From a virus, in the IMG/VR virus record IMGVR_UViG_3300005530_000004, positions 10,873 through 74,872 of that record: a stretch of DNA of 64,000 nt. One strand, given 5' to 3'. Of the stretch, positions 1 through 9,285 are shown piece by piece. A model generated the notes under the pieces. It was not told the origin of the DNA. It made no database searches and worked only from the letters and a program-made list of their open reading frames with translations. Both the position numbers and the translations under genes were made by a program. How positions within the stretch are numbered: position 1 is the first letter of the stretch; every line of letters starts with the position of its first letter.

Positions 1-1
1 A

Positions 2-2002
2 CAGCTTAAAGATCGAACAAAGTTCGGTCCTTGGTTTTTTGGTCAAAGAAATTATCATGCAACTGCAATAGCAAGTAGTTTTGCATACGGTAGAATAAGT
101 ATACTGCAAGGGAAGTCGTCTAAAGGAATTTCTCAGTCAGAGTCAACCGCACAAGAATCAATTGCAAAACATTTATCTAGTACAGTATATGTACAATCAG
201 AATCTAATAGTAATTTCTATCTTGCCAATTTACTTTTATTAAAAAGTACGTCGATATGTCAGAGCTTTGCCGGTGGAACTGAAACAGATGTAACTAAAGT
301 GCAGCAATTAAAAGGATCTACTAAATCTTATTCTATATCATTATGCACACCTATATATTATGTAAATTTTGCTAGTGCATTTGTATCACAATCATATTTC
401 TTTGAAAATACAAAATCTAAGGTAGTAAATCTTCAAAGTAAAACAATATCTAACAATAGATTCTTTGCTGCACCGGCTGGACCTTTTGCTAAGCTACTAA
501 AATTAACTAGTATATCAATATGTCAGTCTAAATCATTAGCTGAGATAACTAGAGCATTCAATTTATATTCTACGATTATTTCACAATCTTTAAGTAAGGC
601 ATCTGATTCAATAACCAGAAAGTTGTCCAGTAATATAATTGCTCAAAGTATATCTAAGCCAAATAAAAATCTAAAAATAAACTTAACATCTAATGCTAAT
701 TCTATTTCTAAGTTATCTGCACCAAAAAGTATAAAACAAGGTTTGCACAGCAGATTTTATAGTGAAAGTATTATTGGTGGATCAGGAATAATAACTAGAC
801 CGTTATCTGCTAAATCAAATTCTCAATCATTCCCTAAACAAACTACAACTCTGTCCAAGAAAATAAATATTAATAGTAAAATGGTAAGTCAAAGTATATC
901 TCGTGCTGGAGAAACAGTAACTAGACTAGTCAACGGTGTTGCTGAAAGTATTTCTATTGCTCAAAGATCATTTGGTTCAGTGCATAGATTATTTGTAAGT
1001 AATTCAGTTTCTCCAAGCTTTAGCAAAGCTACTGGCGGGTATATTACAAAGAATATACACTCCTCTATGTATTCACAAGTATTAGTACATGGTAGTGAAA
1101 CAGTTACTAGACCGCTTGCAGCAAAGAGTGCTTCACAAAATCCTTTTCATGGTAATCAATCGGTTCTACTTGAATTAAATAGTAAAGCTGCGGCAGCTAC
1201 AATATCTTCTGGACAAGAGAATATATCTAAGCCTTTAGCTGCAAAAGGTATATCACAGAATCCATTTCATTCTAATCCAAATATATTTAGGCAATTGCAA
1301 GCTAAAGCACAAGCAGAGTCTTTTGCAAAAGCTAATGGTATAAATAAGAAATTAGGGTTAAGTGCTAAATCTATTTCTCAAAGTGAAGCACACACTCAAG
1401 AAATAGTATCTCGTCCATTGGCTTCTAAAATAATTGCTCAAGAATATTCAGATGCAGATATACGTATAGCTAGACATGTTAATAGTGTATCAGTAACTCA
1501 AAGCAATTCTAATGTACAAGAAAAAGTACTTAGACCAATGCAGTCTAAAACTGTTGTACAATCAGTGTCAATTAAAAGCAATCAAACAATAAAAAGATTA
1601 CTTGCTAGTACAACACAAATTGATACACATTCTCTTGCTCAAAATCCAAATAAGAAGATTAATTTACTAACTAAAGCTATTTCTAAATCAGATGCTTCTG
1701 GAAATGAGATAGTAAGTAGAAAGTTATCTTCTAAGAGTGTAGACCAATCTCAATTACATTCAAATGGATTGAACATATTAGTTAATATGTATGGATCAGC
1801 AATATCTACAAGTAGTGCTAGATCTGATTTAATGAATAAGAGAATAGACTTACACTCAGAGATAATTATTCAAAGCTATATTGCTGCGACTGATAATTAT
1901 CTAGGTAATAAGGAATCGGAAGTCACGTTTGCAGAACCGCGAGTAGATCAAGACGCAATTAATCTTGCACCGTTTAATTATGGGACGAATAAGCAGATAT
2001 AA
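2..2002 (+). CDS. Ser/Ala/Lys-rich repeat virion protein, 5'-truncated by window edge
   Basis: Frame of ORF 299..2002 is open back to base 2. Repeated units like RPLAAKSASQ..; similar units end ORF 2788..3945; lies in the virion module. Confidence 0.6.
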   Translation, partial: QLKDRTKFGPWFFGQRNYHATAIASSFAYGRISILQGKSSKGISQSESTAQESIAKHLSSTVYVQSESNSNFYLANLLLLKSTSICQSFAGGTETDVTKVQQLKGSTKSYSISLCTPIYYVNFASAFVSQSYFFENTKSKVVNLQSKTISNNRFFAAPAGPFAKLLKLTSISICQSKSLAEITRAFNLYSTIISQSLSKASDSITRKLSSNIIAQSISKPNKNLKINLTSNANSISKLSAPKSIKQGLHSRFYSESIIGGSGIITRPLSAKSNSQSFPKQTTTLSKKININSKMVSQSISRAGETVTRLVNGVAESISIAQRSFGSVHRLFVSNSVSPSFSKATGGYITKNIHSSMYSQVLVHGSETVTRPLAAKSASQNPFHGNQSVLLELNSKAAAATISSGQENISKPLAAKGISQNPFHSNPNIFRQLQAKAQAESFAKANGINKKLGLSAKSISQSEAHTQEIVSRPLASKIIAQEYSDADIRIARHVNSVSVTQSNSNVQEKVLRPMQSKTVVQSVSIKSNQTIKRLLASTTQIDTHSLAQNPNKKINLLTKAISKSDASGNEIVSRKLSSKSVDQSQLHSNGLNILVNMYGSAISTSSARSDLMNKRIDLHSEIIIQSYIAATDNYLGNKESEVTFAEPRVDQDAINLAPFNYGTNKQI

Positions 2003-2019
2003 GAAACAAGGAAATAGAA

Positions 2020-2382
2020 ATGGCAGTAAATCCTAGACAACAGTTTTGTTTAGATAGTGCAAATAATTATAAGTCATTCGCTGCTAATCTGGAAGCATTA
2101 GTTTTACAAGCTCAAACTTTACAATCTCGTGCATCAAAAGAAGGGGCATCTAATTTACTGCAAAATCAACAAACTGCTCCAATTGGTCCTGATGGCGTTA
2201 TTTCTGCAACTCCTGATGGAACGCCAAATACAGCGCATCCAATTGTGGCATTAGGAATTTCATGGACAGCATATAATGGAATAGATATTGCAATTACCCA
2301 ACTATTAAACTTATGGAATAATCAAGTTGTCGGACAAATTGATATGAAGCAATATTGTCTTGATATTCAAACAGGTAAATAG
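2020..2382 (+). CDS. hypothetical virion-associated protein
   Basis: AAGGA RBS, tightly packed in structural operon. Confidence 0.5.
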   Translation: MAVNPRQQFCLDSANNYKSFAANLEALVLQAQTLQSRASKEGASNLLQNQQTAPIGPDGVISATPDGTPNTAHPIVALGISWTAYNGIDIAITQLLNLWNNQVVGQIDMKQYCLDIQTGK

Positions 2383-2385
2383 TCA

Positions 2386-2775
2386 ATGGGTATAGCACGA
2401 ACATCTGGATTTCTAATAGGTACTAGTAGTACTGTTGGCGATACAATTGCTAATGGTGCTTCTGATACTGGATTAGGTATTGTTGATTTATTAGGTAATG
2501 ATACATCAATAGGTGAAGCAGATTTATATTTATATGCAACATCTACTGTAACTGTTGGTACAATTGATGTTTATTTTAATAAACAACAAGAATCTGGCGG
2601 TACAGTATTAAATGCTACACCCGACTTGCAAATTACACCTATAAATGGAACTGTTAAATACTTTCTTGGACGAATATCTGTAGGAAGATATTTTGGTGCT
2701 AAAATTATTAATAATGCAACAGGTGCATCTTTAACTAATGTTTCTCTTGGATATGATTTGTATAAAGCAAGCTAA
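2386..2775 (+). CDS. beta-rich hypothetical virion protein
   Basis: G/T/V-rich alternating beta-strand pattern, structural context. Confidence 0.5.
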   Translation: MGIARTSGFLIGTSSTVGDTIANGASDTGLGIVDLLGNDTSIGEADLYLYATSTVTVGTIDVYFNKQQESGGTVLNATPDLQITPINGTVKYFLGRISVGRYFGAKIINNATGASLTNVSLGYDLYKAS

Positions 2776-2787
2776 ATATAAAGTGTA

Positions 2788-3945
2788 ATGATTACAGCAA
2801 GTTATCAAAATACCCCAACTGCATTATCAGAGTTAGACTCTGATTTTGTTAAGTATTTTGGTATGCCTGCTTTATTAACTATTCCATGCAAAGGTCCAGA
2901 AAAGAAAGCGTATGATTTTAGTAGGAATAAATCGGGTAGAAATACTGGAACATTAAATGGTGGCGTTACCGTCGTGCCGGCGAGTGCGGGGATTTTCGGA
3001 GCGGGGTGGAAGTTAAATGGTACGAATCAGTATCTTTTAATGCCCGACATGAAGCTTACTTCCGCATGGGTCTCAATGACCATCGTGCCGACGACAGTGA
3101 CGGGCGACCTGCGCATCTTATCGCAAGCCAGCGGCGCAACGAATCAGGGTGGCGCGTTGGCAATCAACCAATCGAGCGGAGAACACGGATCGGTCTGGGT
3201 TTGGACGGGTGGTGCGATGCTGCGACTTTGCGCAGATGCGACTCTCGTTGCCGGCCAGCGGAATCATCTCGATTTCCTCTTTTTCGGGGGAACTTGCACG
3301 ATGTATTTCAACGGGCAGGTTCAAATGACTCAGACGAGCGGATTCGCTTTCAACGGCGTGCCATTGACGTTTTTCGGTAAATATGTGGGCAGCTTCGGAA
3401 ATACTTTCCCAGGGGTGGCGTACCAAGTTTCGCTTTTCAAAACGCAGCCGACAGCCGCCCAAGTATCTACATTATATAATTCATTAAAATATGGTAAACC
3501 ATTCAAATTGTTTGCTACACCTAGAATAAGAAGATTATATTCTTTTGGTACATCTAATATACCTTTAGCATTAACTGGAAAATCATTATCATATTCTTTT
3601 AGTGAATCAAGAATATCTACAGCAAGAAAGTTGTCTGCACAATCTGAATCTCAAAGTCTATTAAGTGCAAGACAAGCAATACTGCAAGGCTTATATTCAC
3701 AATCTATAGATCAATCAATAAATCATGCTTCGGAAAATATAGGTAAAGCTTTATCATCTAAAGCACTTGAATATTCTATTGGCCAGGGCAATACAAATGT
3801 TTTACGTAAGCTCCATGCTGAATCAACTTCTCAAACATCATTGATAGCAAGCTATGCAAGTACAAAATTTGAACTATTAAGTATGAGAAGATACTCTTCT
3901 CAATACTTCGTACAAAGTGGTTCAGCGGAAGATACAGGACAATAA
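2788..3945 (+). CDS. LamG/concanavalin-A-like lectin-fold virion protein with Ser-rich C-terminal repeats
   Basis: AYDFSRN..NTGTLNGG, LNGTNQYL, MYFNGQ, FPG..YQVSLF..PTAAQVSTLY match the LamG-like jellyroll pattern. Confidence 0.75.
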   Translation: MITASYQNTPTALSELDSDFVKYFGMPALLTIPCKGPEKKAYDFSRNKSGRNTGTLNGGVTVVPASAGIFGAGWKLNGTNQYLLMPDMKLTSAWVSMTIVPTTVTGDLRILSQASGATNQGGALAINQSSGEHGSVWVWTGGAMLRLCADATLVAGQRNHLDFLFFGGTCTMYFNGQVQMTQTSGFAFNGVPLTFFGKYVGSFGNTFPGVAYQVSLFKTQPTAAQVSTLYNSLKYGKPFKLFATPRIRRLYSFGTSNIPLALTGKSLSYSFSESRISTARKLSAQSESQSLLSARQAILQGLYSQSIDQSINHASENIGKALSSKALEYSIGQGNTNVLRKLHAESTSQTSLIASYASTKFELLSMRRYSSQYFVQSGSAEDTGQ

Positions 3946-4514
3946 TGTTAACAGAAGTTGTTGAACATCTTAGTAAAGAATATAATTGGGATGTTGAGGT
4001 ATACGAAGATGAAGAGTTTAGAGATATTATAGTAGATAGTATAGATTATACAGGTATTTATCAAGTATCTAATTATGGTAGAGTCTGGAGTATAAAAAGA
4101 CAGTCGTTTTTAAAAGAAGGTAGAAGTTCTAATGGATACTTACATGTAACATTATGCAAAAATAAAATACATAAAACTTATTCAATACATAAATTAGTTT
4201 TAACAGCTTTTAAAAGACCTAAAAAATGGTTTGAAGAATGTCGTCATTTAGATAGAGATAGACAAAACAATCATATAGATAATCTTGAGTGGGGTAGTAA
4301 TTGTGACAACTATAAAGATAGAATAAGGCATGGAACGGACAATAAAAGAAATGAAGACCACCATATGGCAATCTTGACAAATGAACAAGTAATAGAAATA
4401 AGGGATAAATATAAAACTGGAAAATATTCTCAAAGAGACTTAGCAAAAGAATACTCAGTTACACAAGTTAATATTTGGTATATTGTTAATTATATTACAT
4501 TTGAGGATATTTAA
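3945..4514 (+). CDS. NUMOD4-HNH homing endonuclease
   Basis: YQVSNYGRVWS (NUMOD4), IHKLVLTAF, CRHLDRDRQNNHIDNLEW (HNH), C-terminal HTH (SQRDLAKEYSV). Confidence 0.9.
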   Translation: MLTEVVEHLSKEYNWDVEVYEDEEFRDIIVDSIDYTGIYQVSNYGRVWSIKRQSFLKEGRSSNGYLHVTLCKNKIHKTYSIHKLVLTAFKRPKKWFEECRHLDRDRQNNHIDNLEWGSNCDNYKDRIRHGTDNKRNEDHHMAILTNEQVIEIRDKYKTGKYSQRDLAKEYSVTQVNIWYIVNYITFEDI

Positions 4515-5300
4515 GTGGCTAACATTCTAGTCGTTGGTTCTGATAATTTATTAACTATAGATAAATTGATGCAACCTAACAGTGATCCACCCAATTATAT
4601 AAATAATGCTACAATAATTTGGACATTAATAGATCAAAGTAATAATACTGTAGGAACCGGCAGTTATACATATGTAAATGGAAGCAACGGTGAATATCAA
4701 GCAGTAATTCCTGCATCATTAAGTACAACATTAGTTGCTAATAATACTTATACATTAAATCAAAATGTGACTGCAACAGGATTTGTTTCATTATTCAAAG
4801 ATACTTATCTTGCAAGAACCCCACAATCTGCGCAGTTTACTTACTGCGTAAGAAAAGATATAGAGAATATATTCGGCTCAGTAAATGTTAAAAAATGGGC
4901 GGATATTGATGCTGATGGAGACCCACAAAAGATAGATGCAAAAATAAATTGGGCGCTACAATTAAGTTATGATTATGTGAACTCTAAATTATCTGGTGGC
5001 CCATATGTAATACCATTAGCAGGTAAGTATCCCGTTATAATAACTTGCCAAGCAAAGCTTGCAGCAGTAGAAATATATGAAGCAAGGGGCTTGCAAAATT
5101 TTGATGAGCAAGGAAAACCTATTCATCAATTGCAAAACTCTAAATCTTGGGCAGATAATATATTGGCCCAAATAAGGGCTGGAATATTACGATTGCCAAA
5201 TGCTTTACCACAAGATATTGGCGGAACAATAGTACCACAAGCAGTTAGAATATCAAGATCAAGACTATCTGGATGTGGTTATCCGTTTATAAATTGGTAG
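4515..5300 (+). CDS. Mu gp36-like head-tail adaptor with N-terminal beta-sandwich extension
   Basis: YCVRKDIENIFG, YVNSKL..YVIPL, KLAAVEIY, LAQIRAGILRL resemble DUF1320/Mu gp36. Confidence 0.7.
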   Translation: MANILVVGSDNLLTIDKLMQPNSDPPNYINNATIIWTLIDQSNNTVGTGSYTYVNGSNGEYQAVIPASLSTTLVANNTYTLNQNVTATGFVSLFKDTYLARTPQSAQFTYCVRKDIENIFGSVNVKKWADIDADGDPQKIDAKINWALQLSYDYVNSKLSGGPYVIPLAGKYPVIITCQAKLAAVEIYEARGLQNFDEQGKPIHQLQNSKSWADNILAQIRAGILRLPNALPQDIGGTIVPQAVRISRSRLSGCGYPFINW

Positions 5301-5430
5301 ACTGATAATGATATTTCCAATATACTTGGCAAATAATAAAGTAGCAGTATTAGATCTAAAAATAGTTTCAACTTAATAAAAGAGCAACTAGAATTTTATA
5401 CTAAAATAATTGATCAAATAAGTATAATAG

Positions 5431-7356
5431 ATGAGGAACAAACAATATCATGAAATAGATAAGATAGAACTTCATGGAACAAGAATAGCTGTTCGTACGA
5501 CAAGTAGAATAAGAGCGAAGTTAATAGAAGCATTTAAGCAACATAAGTTTGCTGACATATCCAATGATCTGTTCAATGATATATTTCTACCGTTAATGAC
5601 TGCAAGTCTGCTTGCAGACTTGCGTGGAAGAAAAAGAAGTTTTCTATTCGCGGATACATCATTTAATGCAGGTAAATCAGTATTACCAGAGCTACAACTA
5701 GCATTCGGCAAAAAGGCAAAAAAGACACTTAAGCGAGTAGTTAAATTACCTGTTAAAAAGATAATTAAGAAGGGTATTATAAATGTATCTGTTGAAAATA
5801 TACCAGAAGATGTAACAAGTACTTATAAGAAGGCTAAAAAAATATACAAAGGTGGTAAGAGCTTACATAAAAAAATAAAATCCACACCCATACAAGAAGT
5901 CGGCAAAAAAGCAAAAATAAAGCCAGTACCAGAACGTGTACCAGTAACAAAAAAGAATAAACGACAAAGATTTAAAGAAGTATTAATAGAAGAAAATGAA
6001 AGAGTTAAACAAGAAGTTAAGCAAAAGATAAAGCATGAAAAGAAGTATATCTATGATGAAATAATTCGGCATCTTCGAGTGTTATTAAAAGATGTAGCGG
6101 TAGAAACAGTTAAAGTTGTTAATTGGGAGGAAGTATTAGATAGATTAAATAATGATGAGAGAAATGTTAAAGATATAAAGAATATTTTTAACAGAAAGCA
6201 GGTTACCCGATCTACTGATAAAATAATAACTAAGCTAATAAATAAAGTAGAGAGAAAGATAAGAGATAAAAAAGATCGTGCAAAAGCAGAGATTAAAGAG
6301 AAGATAACTAAAGAGTCATTACGAGCAGGTAAAAAATATGCTGCTCAACCGATTAAAAAATCAATAGGTCAAAAAATATCTGAAAAGATATTTGGTCAAC
6401 CTAGAAGAAGTGGTTCTCATAGACAATATAGAAGTAGTTATTACTATATTGCCAAGACTTTACAAGAGCTAGAAAAAGGTCAACGTAGACGAAGACAATA
6501 CGAAACTGCTAAGCATACATTAAGTGCAATAGGTGGAATAGCTGATTTAATAGGTTTCTTATCTCAGTATAATATACAAGACTTATTTGTATTCTTAACT
6601 GAATTAGGTGGAGCAAAGTTTTTTCCTGAAACATATAAAATTGGTGGTGTAGTAAAAGCAGCTAATTATATAGGTGAAGTAGGAAAGACATTAGAATTTG
6701 TTACGGAAGATGATGAGTTTAATAAAGTAAAAGAATATGAAATTAAACGTGTTCTTCGTTTAATTCAAGAACTACAAACGATAAAGAAGTTATTTACTAA
6801 ATATCATCCGCCAGTTTTTAATATATTAAAGAATGCAAGTCAAAAAACAAATGATAATCTTCGACAAGTAGTAAATGATCTAATATTGCAAGGAACACCG
6901 ATAAAAGAGGGTAGTAAAATATTAGCTGAGGCATTTGCCGCTAATGGTTTATCTATCAAAGAACCTTTTAAAATAGAAACAATATTTAGAACGCAATCCG
7001 CTTTAGCATACTCTGCTGGAAGATGGCAAAGCGATCAACACCCTGCGATACAAGAAATATTATGGGGTTATAGATATGTAACAGTAGGGGATTCTCGTGT
7101 AAGACCAGCACATAGAATACTTGATGGTGTAACTTTACCTAAAGGCTCTGAATTTTGGCTATATTTTTGGCCACCAAATGGTTGGAATTGTAGATGTTCA
7201 GTAATAAGCTTGTTTGAAGAACCAGAAACAGGGATAGTTTTACCACCATCAGACTGGAAAGGACTTGCAGAGATAGACAAAGATTTTACATTTAATTCTG
7301 GTGTTTTGTTTATGGAATCTTCTGCACGTTTCGCTGGTTTACAGACTCAAGTATAA
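5431..7356 (+). CDS. MuF-family minor head protein with long Lys-rich insertion
   Basis: ETIFRTQSALAYSAGRW, YVTVGDSRVRPAH, PPNGWNCRCSV are Phage_Mu_F motifs. Confidence 0.9.
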   Translation: MRNKQYHEIDKIELHGTRIAVRTTSRIRAKLIEAFKQHKFADISNDLFNDIFLPLMTASLLADLRGRKRSFLFADTSFNAGKSVLPELQLAFGKKAKKTLKRVVKLPVKKIIKKGIINVSVENIPEDVTSTYKKAKKIYKGGKSLHKKIKSTPIQEVGKKAKIKPVPERVPVTKKNKRQRFKEVLIEENERVKQEVKQKIKHEKKYIYDEIIRHLRVLLKDVAVETVKVVNWEEVLDRLNNDERNVKDIKNIFNRKQVTRSTDKIITKLINKVERKIRDKKDRAKAEIKEKITKESLRAGKKYAAQPIKKSIGQKISEKIFGQPRRSGSHRQYRSSYYYIAKTLQELEKGQRRRRQYETAKHTLSAIGGIADLIGFLSQYNIQDLFVFLTELGGAKFFPETYKIGGVVKAANYIGEVGKTLEFVTEDDEFNKVKEYEIKRVLRLIQELQTIKKLFTKYHPPVFNILKNASQKTNDNLRQVVNDLILQGTPIKEGSKILAEAFAANGLSIKEPFKIETIFRTQSALAYSAGRWQSDQHPAIQEILWGYRYVTVGDSRVRPAHRILDGVTLPKGSEFWLYFWPPNGWNCRCSVISLFEEPETGIVLPPSDWKGLAEIDKDFTFNSGVLFMESSARFAGLQTQV

Positions 7357-7370
7357 GGTAATATGTTAAT

Positions 7371-8651
7371 ATGTACAATCCATTAGTAAACCCTATTGTA
7401 TATTGCTCTCCAAAGAGACAAGCTTTAAAATTATCTAATGGACTATATAAAATAGAGACAATTCCTGTAGGTGCATTTGTTAAAGATAATGCAAAAGCAG
7501 GCGATGAACATGAAAGGATACCATTTGAAGTAGATTTAAATACTTTAAAGCATTGGAAAAATACATTTAAAGCCATGATGTTTAATGGTATAGAAGTTCC
7601 TATGCCATTAAATCATACGGAAGACCCGGAAGCACGTCGCGCAACTGTTGTAGATTTTGAAATAGATAAAAACGAGAGAGGGGAAGATTCTTTATTCACT
7701 ATCTTTAAATTTAAAGATAAAGAAGCAGAAAAGTCTTTAAAAGATACTCGGGTAAGTGTATTTGTCCCACCTAAATTTGTAGATGGAAGAGATAATGAAT
7801 ATATTTATCCAATCCGTCATGTTGCGTTTACAGATTATCCAGTAATTCCTGGGTTATCTAAAATGCAACCTTTAGCTATTGCTGCAAGTTACGTAGAAAG
7901 TAAATCAGAAAGTAAATCAGAAAGTAAAAACGACAAGGAGAAAAAGAAAATGCCATTCCCTCCGAAAAAGAAAGATGGTGAAGGTAATGAGGAAAAAGAA
8001 TTAGAAGGAAAAGAAAAGAAAGTAGAAGGTGGAGAAGAAGAAACTGCAACAGTAACGATTGAAGATTTTCGAAATATTGCTGACAAGCTAGGATTAGAAG
8101 GCATTCCTGATAATAAACTAGTTGAAGCAATTAATCATGTTATTGATGCAATTTTAGAAGAGAGTGGAGATGATGAAGAAGATAATGAATTAGATAATGA
8201 ATTAGACGAGGAAGGTAAAAAGAAAGGAACTGGTCCAGTGGCACATAGAATTAAGCACGAAGAGGAACATTATCACGCACCTAATGGTGCAGCTAATCAG
8301 CCACCTATTGCTGCTGGATTTATTTCTTTAGGTCGAAAGCAAAGATTGACTGAAATTCAAGCTTTAGCAAAAGACGGGTATGTAACCCCCGCTACAGCTA
8401 AAAATTTAGTTGGTCAATTTTGTACTGATGATGCTTTACAATTGGCATTTTCAAAGGATGGTGATGTTCTTGATAATTTTGACAAGACTGTTGAATTATT
8501 AAAGACTAATGGAAAAGTTGTAAGCTTAGATAAGGAAAAGTCTCAAAATGACGCTTTAGAATTAAGCTACTCAGACGTTTTTAATAATGAAACGTCTAAT
8601 CCTTTAATGAAAGATGCTTCTCGTCGAGCTAAAGCTGCTGGTCAAGCTTAA
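7371..8651 (+). CDS. Mu I-like prohead protease/scaffold
   Basis: VPMPLNHT, RVSVFV, IRHVAFTDYPVIPGL; acidic/helical C-terminal half; sits between MuF and capsid genes. Confidence 0.8.
   Translation: MYNPLVNPIVYCSPKRQALKLSNGLYKIETIPVGAFVKDNAKAGDEHERIPFEVDLNTLKHWKNTFKAMMFNGIEVPMPLNHTEDPEARRATVVDFEIDKNERGEDSLFTIFKFKDKEAEKSLKDTRVSVFVPPKFVDGRDNEYIYPIRHVAFTDYPVIPGLSKMQPLAIAASYVESKSESKSESKNDKEKKKMPFPPKKKDGEGNEEKELEGKEKKVEGGEEETATVTIEDFRNIADKLGLEGIPDNKLVEAINHVIDAILEESGDDEEDNELDNELDEEGKKKGTGPVAHRIKHEEEHYHAPNGAANQPPIAAGFISLGRKQRLTEIQALAKDGYVTPATAKNLVGQFCTDDALQLAFSKDGDVLDNFDKTVELLKTNGKVVSLDKEKSQNDALELSYSDVFNNETSNPLMKDASRRAKAAGQA
7950..8651 (+). CDS. probable internally initiated scaffold protein (Mu gpZ-like)
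   Basis: In-frame ATG at 7950 (MPFPPKKK) with AAGGAG at 7935-7940. Confidence 0.55.
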   Translation: MPFPPKKKDGEGNEEKELEGKEKKVEGGEEETATVTIEDFRNIADKLGLEGIPDNKLVEAINHVIDAILEESGDDEEDNELDNELDEEGKKKGTGPVAHRIKHEEEHYHAPNGAANQPPIAAGFISLGRKQRLTEIQALAKDGYVTPATAKNLVGQFCTDDALQLAFSKDGDVLDNFDKTVELLKTNGKVVSLDKEKSQNDALELSYSDVFNNETSNPLMKDASRRAKAAGQA

Positions 8652-8776
8652 ATAAAATGTTAAAAACAGAATATTTAAGATTGTGTATATTACTGAACAA
8701 AAAATTTGGTTGGACATTTAACGATATAAGAAAAATGTCCTTAAAGCAACTTAAAGTAATGGAGACAATGTAAAAC

Positions 8777-9223
8777 ATGACTGCTACTTATCCAATTCAA
8801 AATCAGCCGCGTCGTTTAGGTGATCTTTTAATCTTTGAACTTCACCCTGGTTATCAGCGTGTAAGTGCTGTAGTTAAAAATGGGAGTGGTTCTGCTGTAG
8901 ATATTACTGATCCTGTTGGTTATCCAGTTAAAACTGATGGCGCCGGTGGATATGCTTTAGCTTTTGCTGGTGACGAAGCTGGAGTATTAGGATTATTACT
9001 TTGGATGCACGAATTATCTATTGCGGCCGGAGTTGCTACAACTTATCAAGTACCAATTCTTGTTCGTGGCCCGGCAATTTTAGATTATACTGGTGGAATT
9101 CCCGCACTTGATGCTGCTGGTGCAGCATTTACTATTTCTACAATATTAACTACTTTGAAAGCATTAAGTCCTCCGATGGTCCCGCTTGCTGAACCGACGA
9201 TTTCTGTTACTCAAACTAGCTAA
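8777..9223 (+). CDS. head decoration protein (lambda gpD-like)
   Basis: RLGDLLIFE..Y.R and ILVRGPAI; immediately upstream of capsid gene; GGAGA RBS. Confidence 0.7.
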   Translation: MTATYPIQNQPRRLGDLLIFELHPGYQRVSAVVKNGSGSAVDITDPVGYPVKTDGAGGYALAFAGDEAGVLGLLLWMHELSIAAGVATTYQVPILVRGPAILDYTGGIPALDAAGAAFTISTILTTLKALSPPMVPLAEPTISVTQTS

Positions 9224-9285
9224 TAATTCAATTTAACAACAATTTAAATTCAAATTAGAAGGAAAGATTAGGAGACAATTTAATT

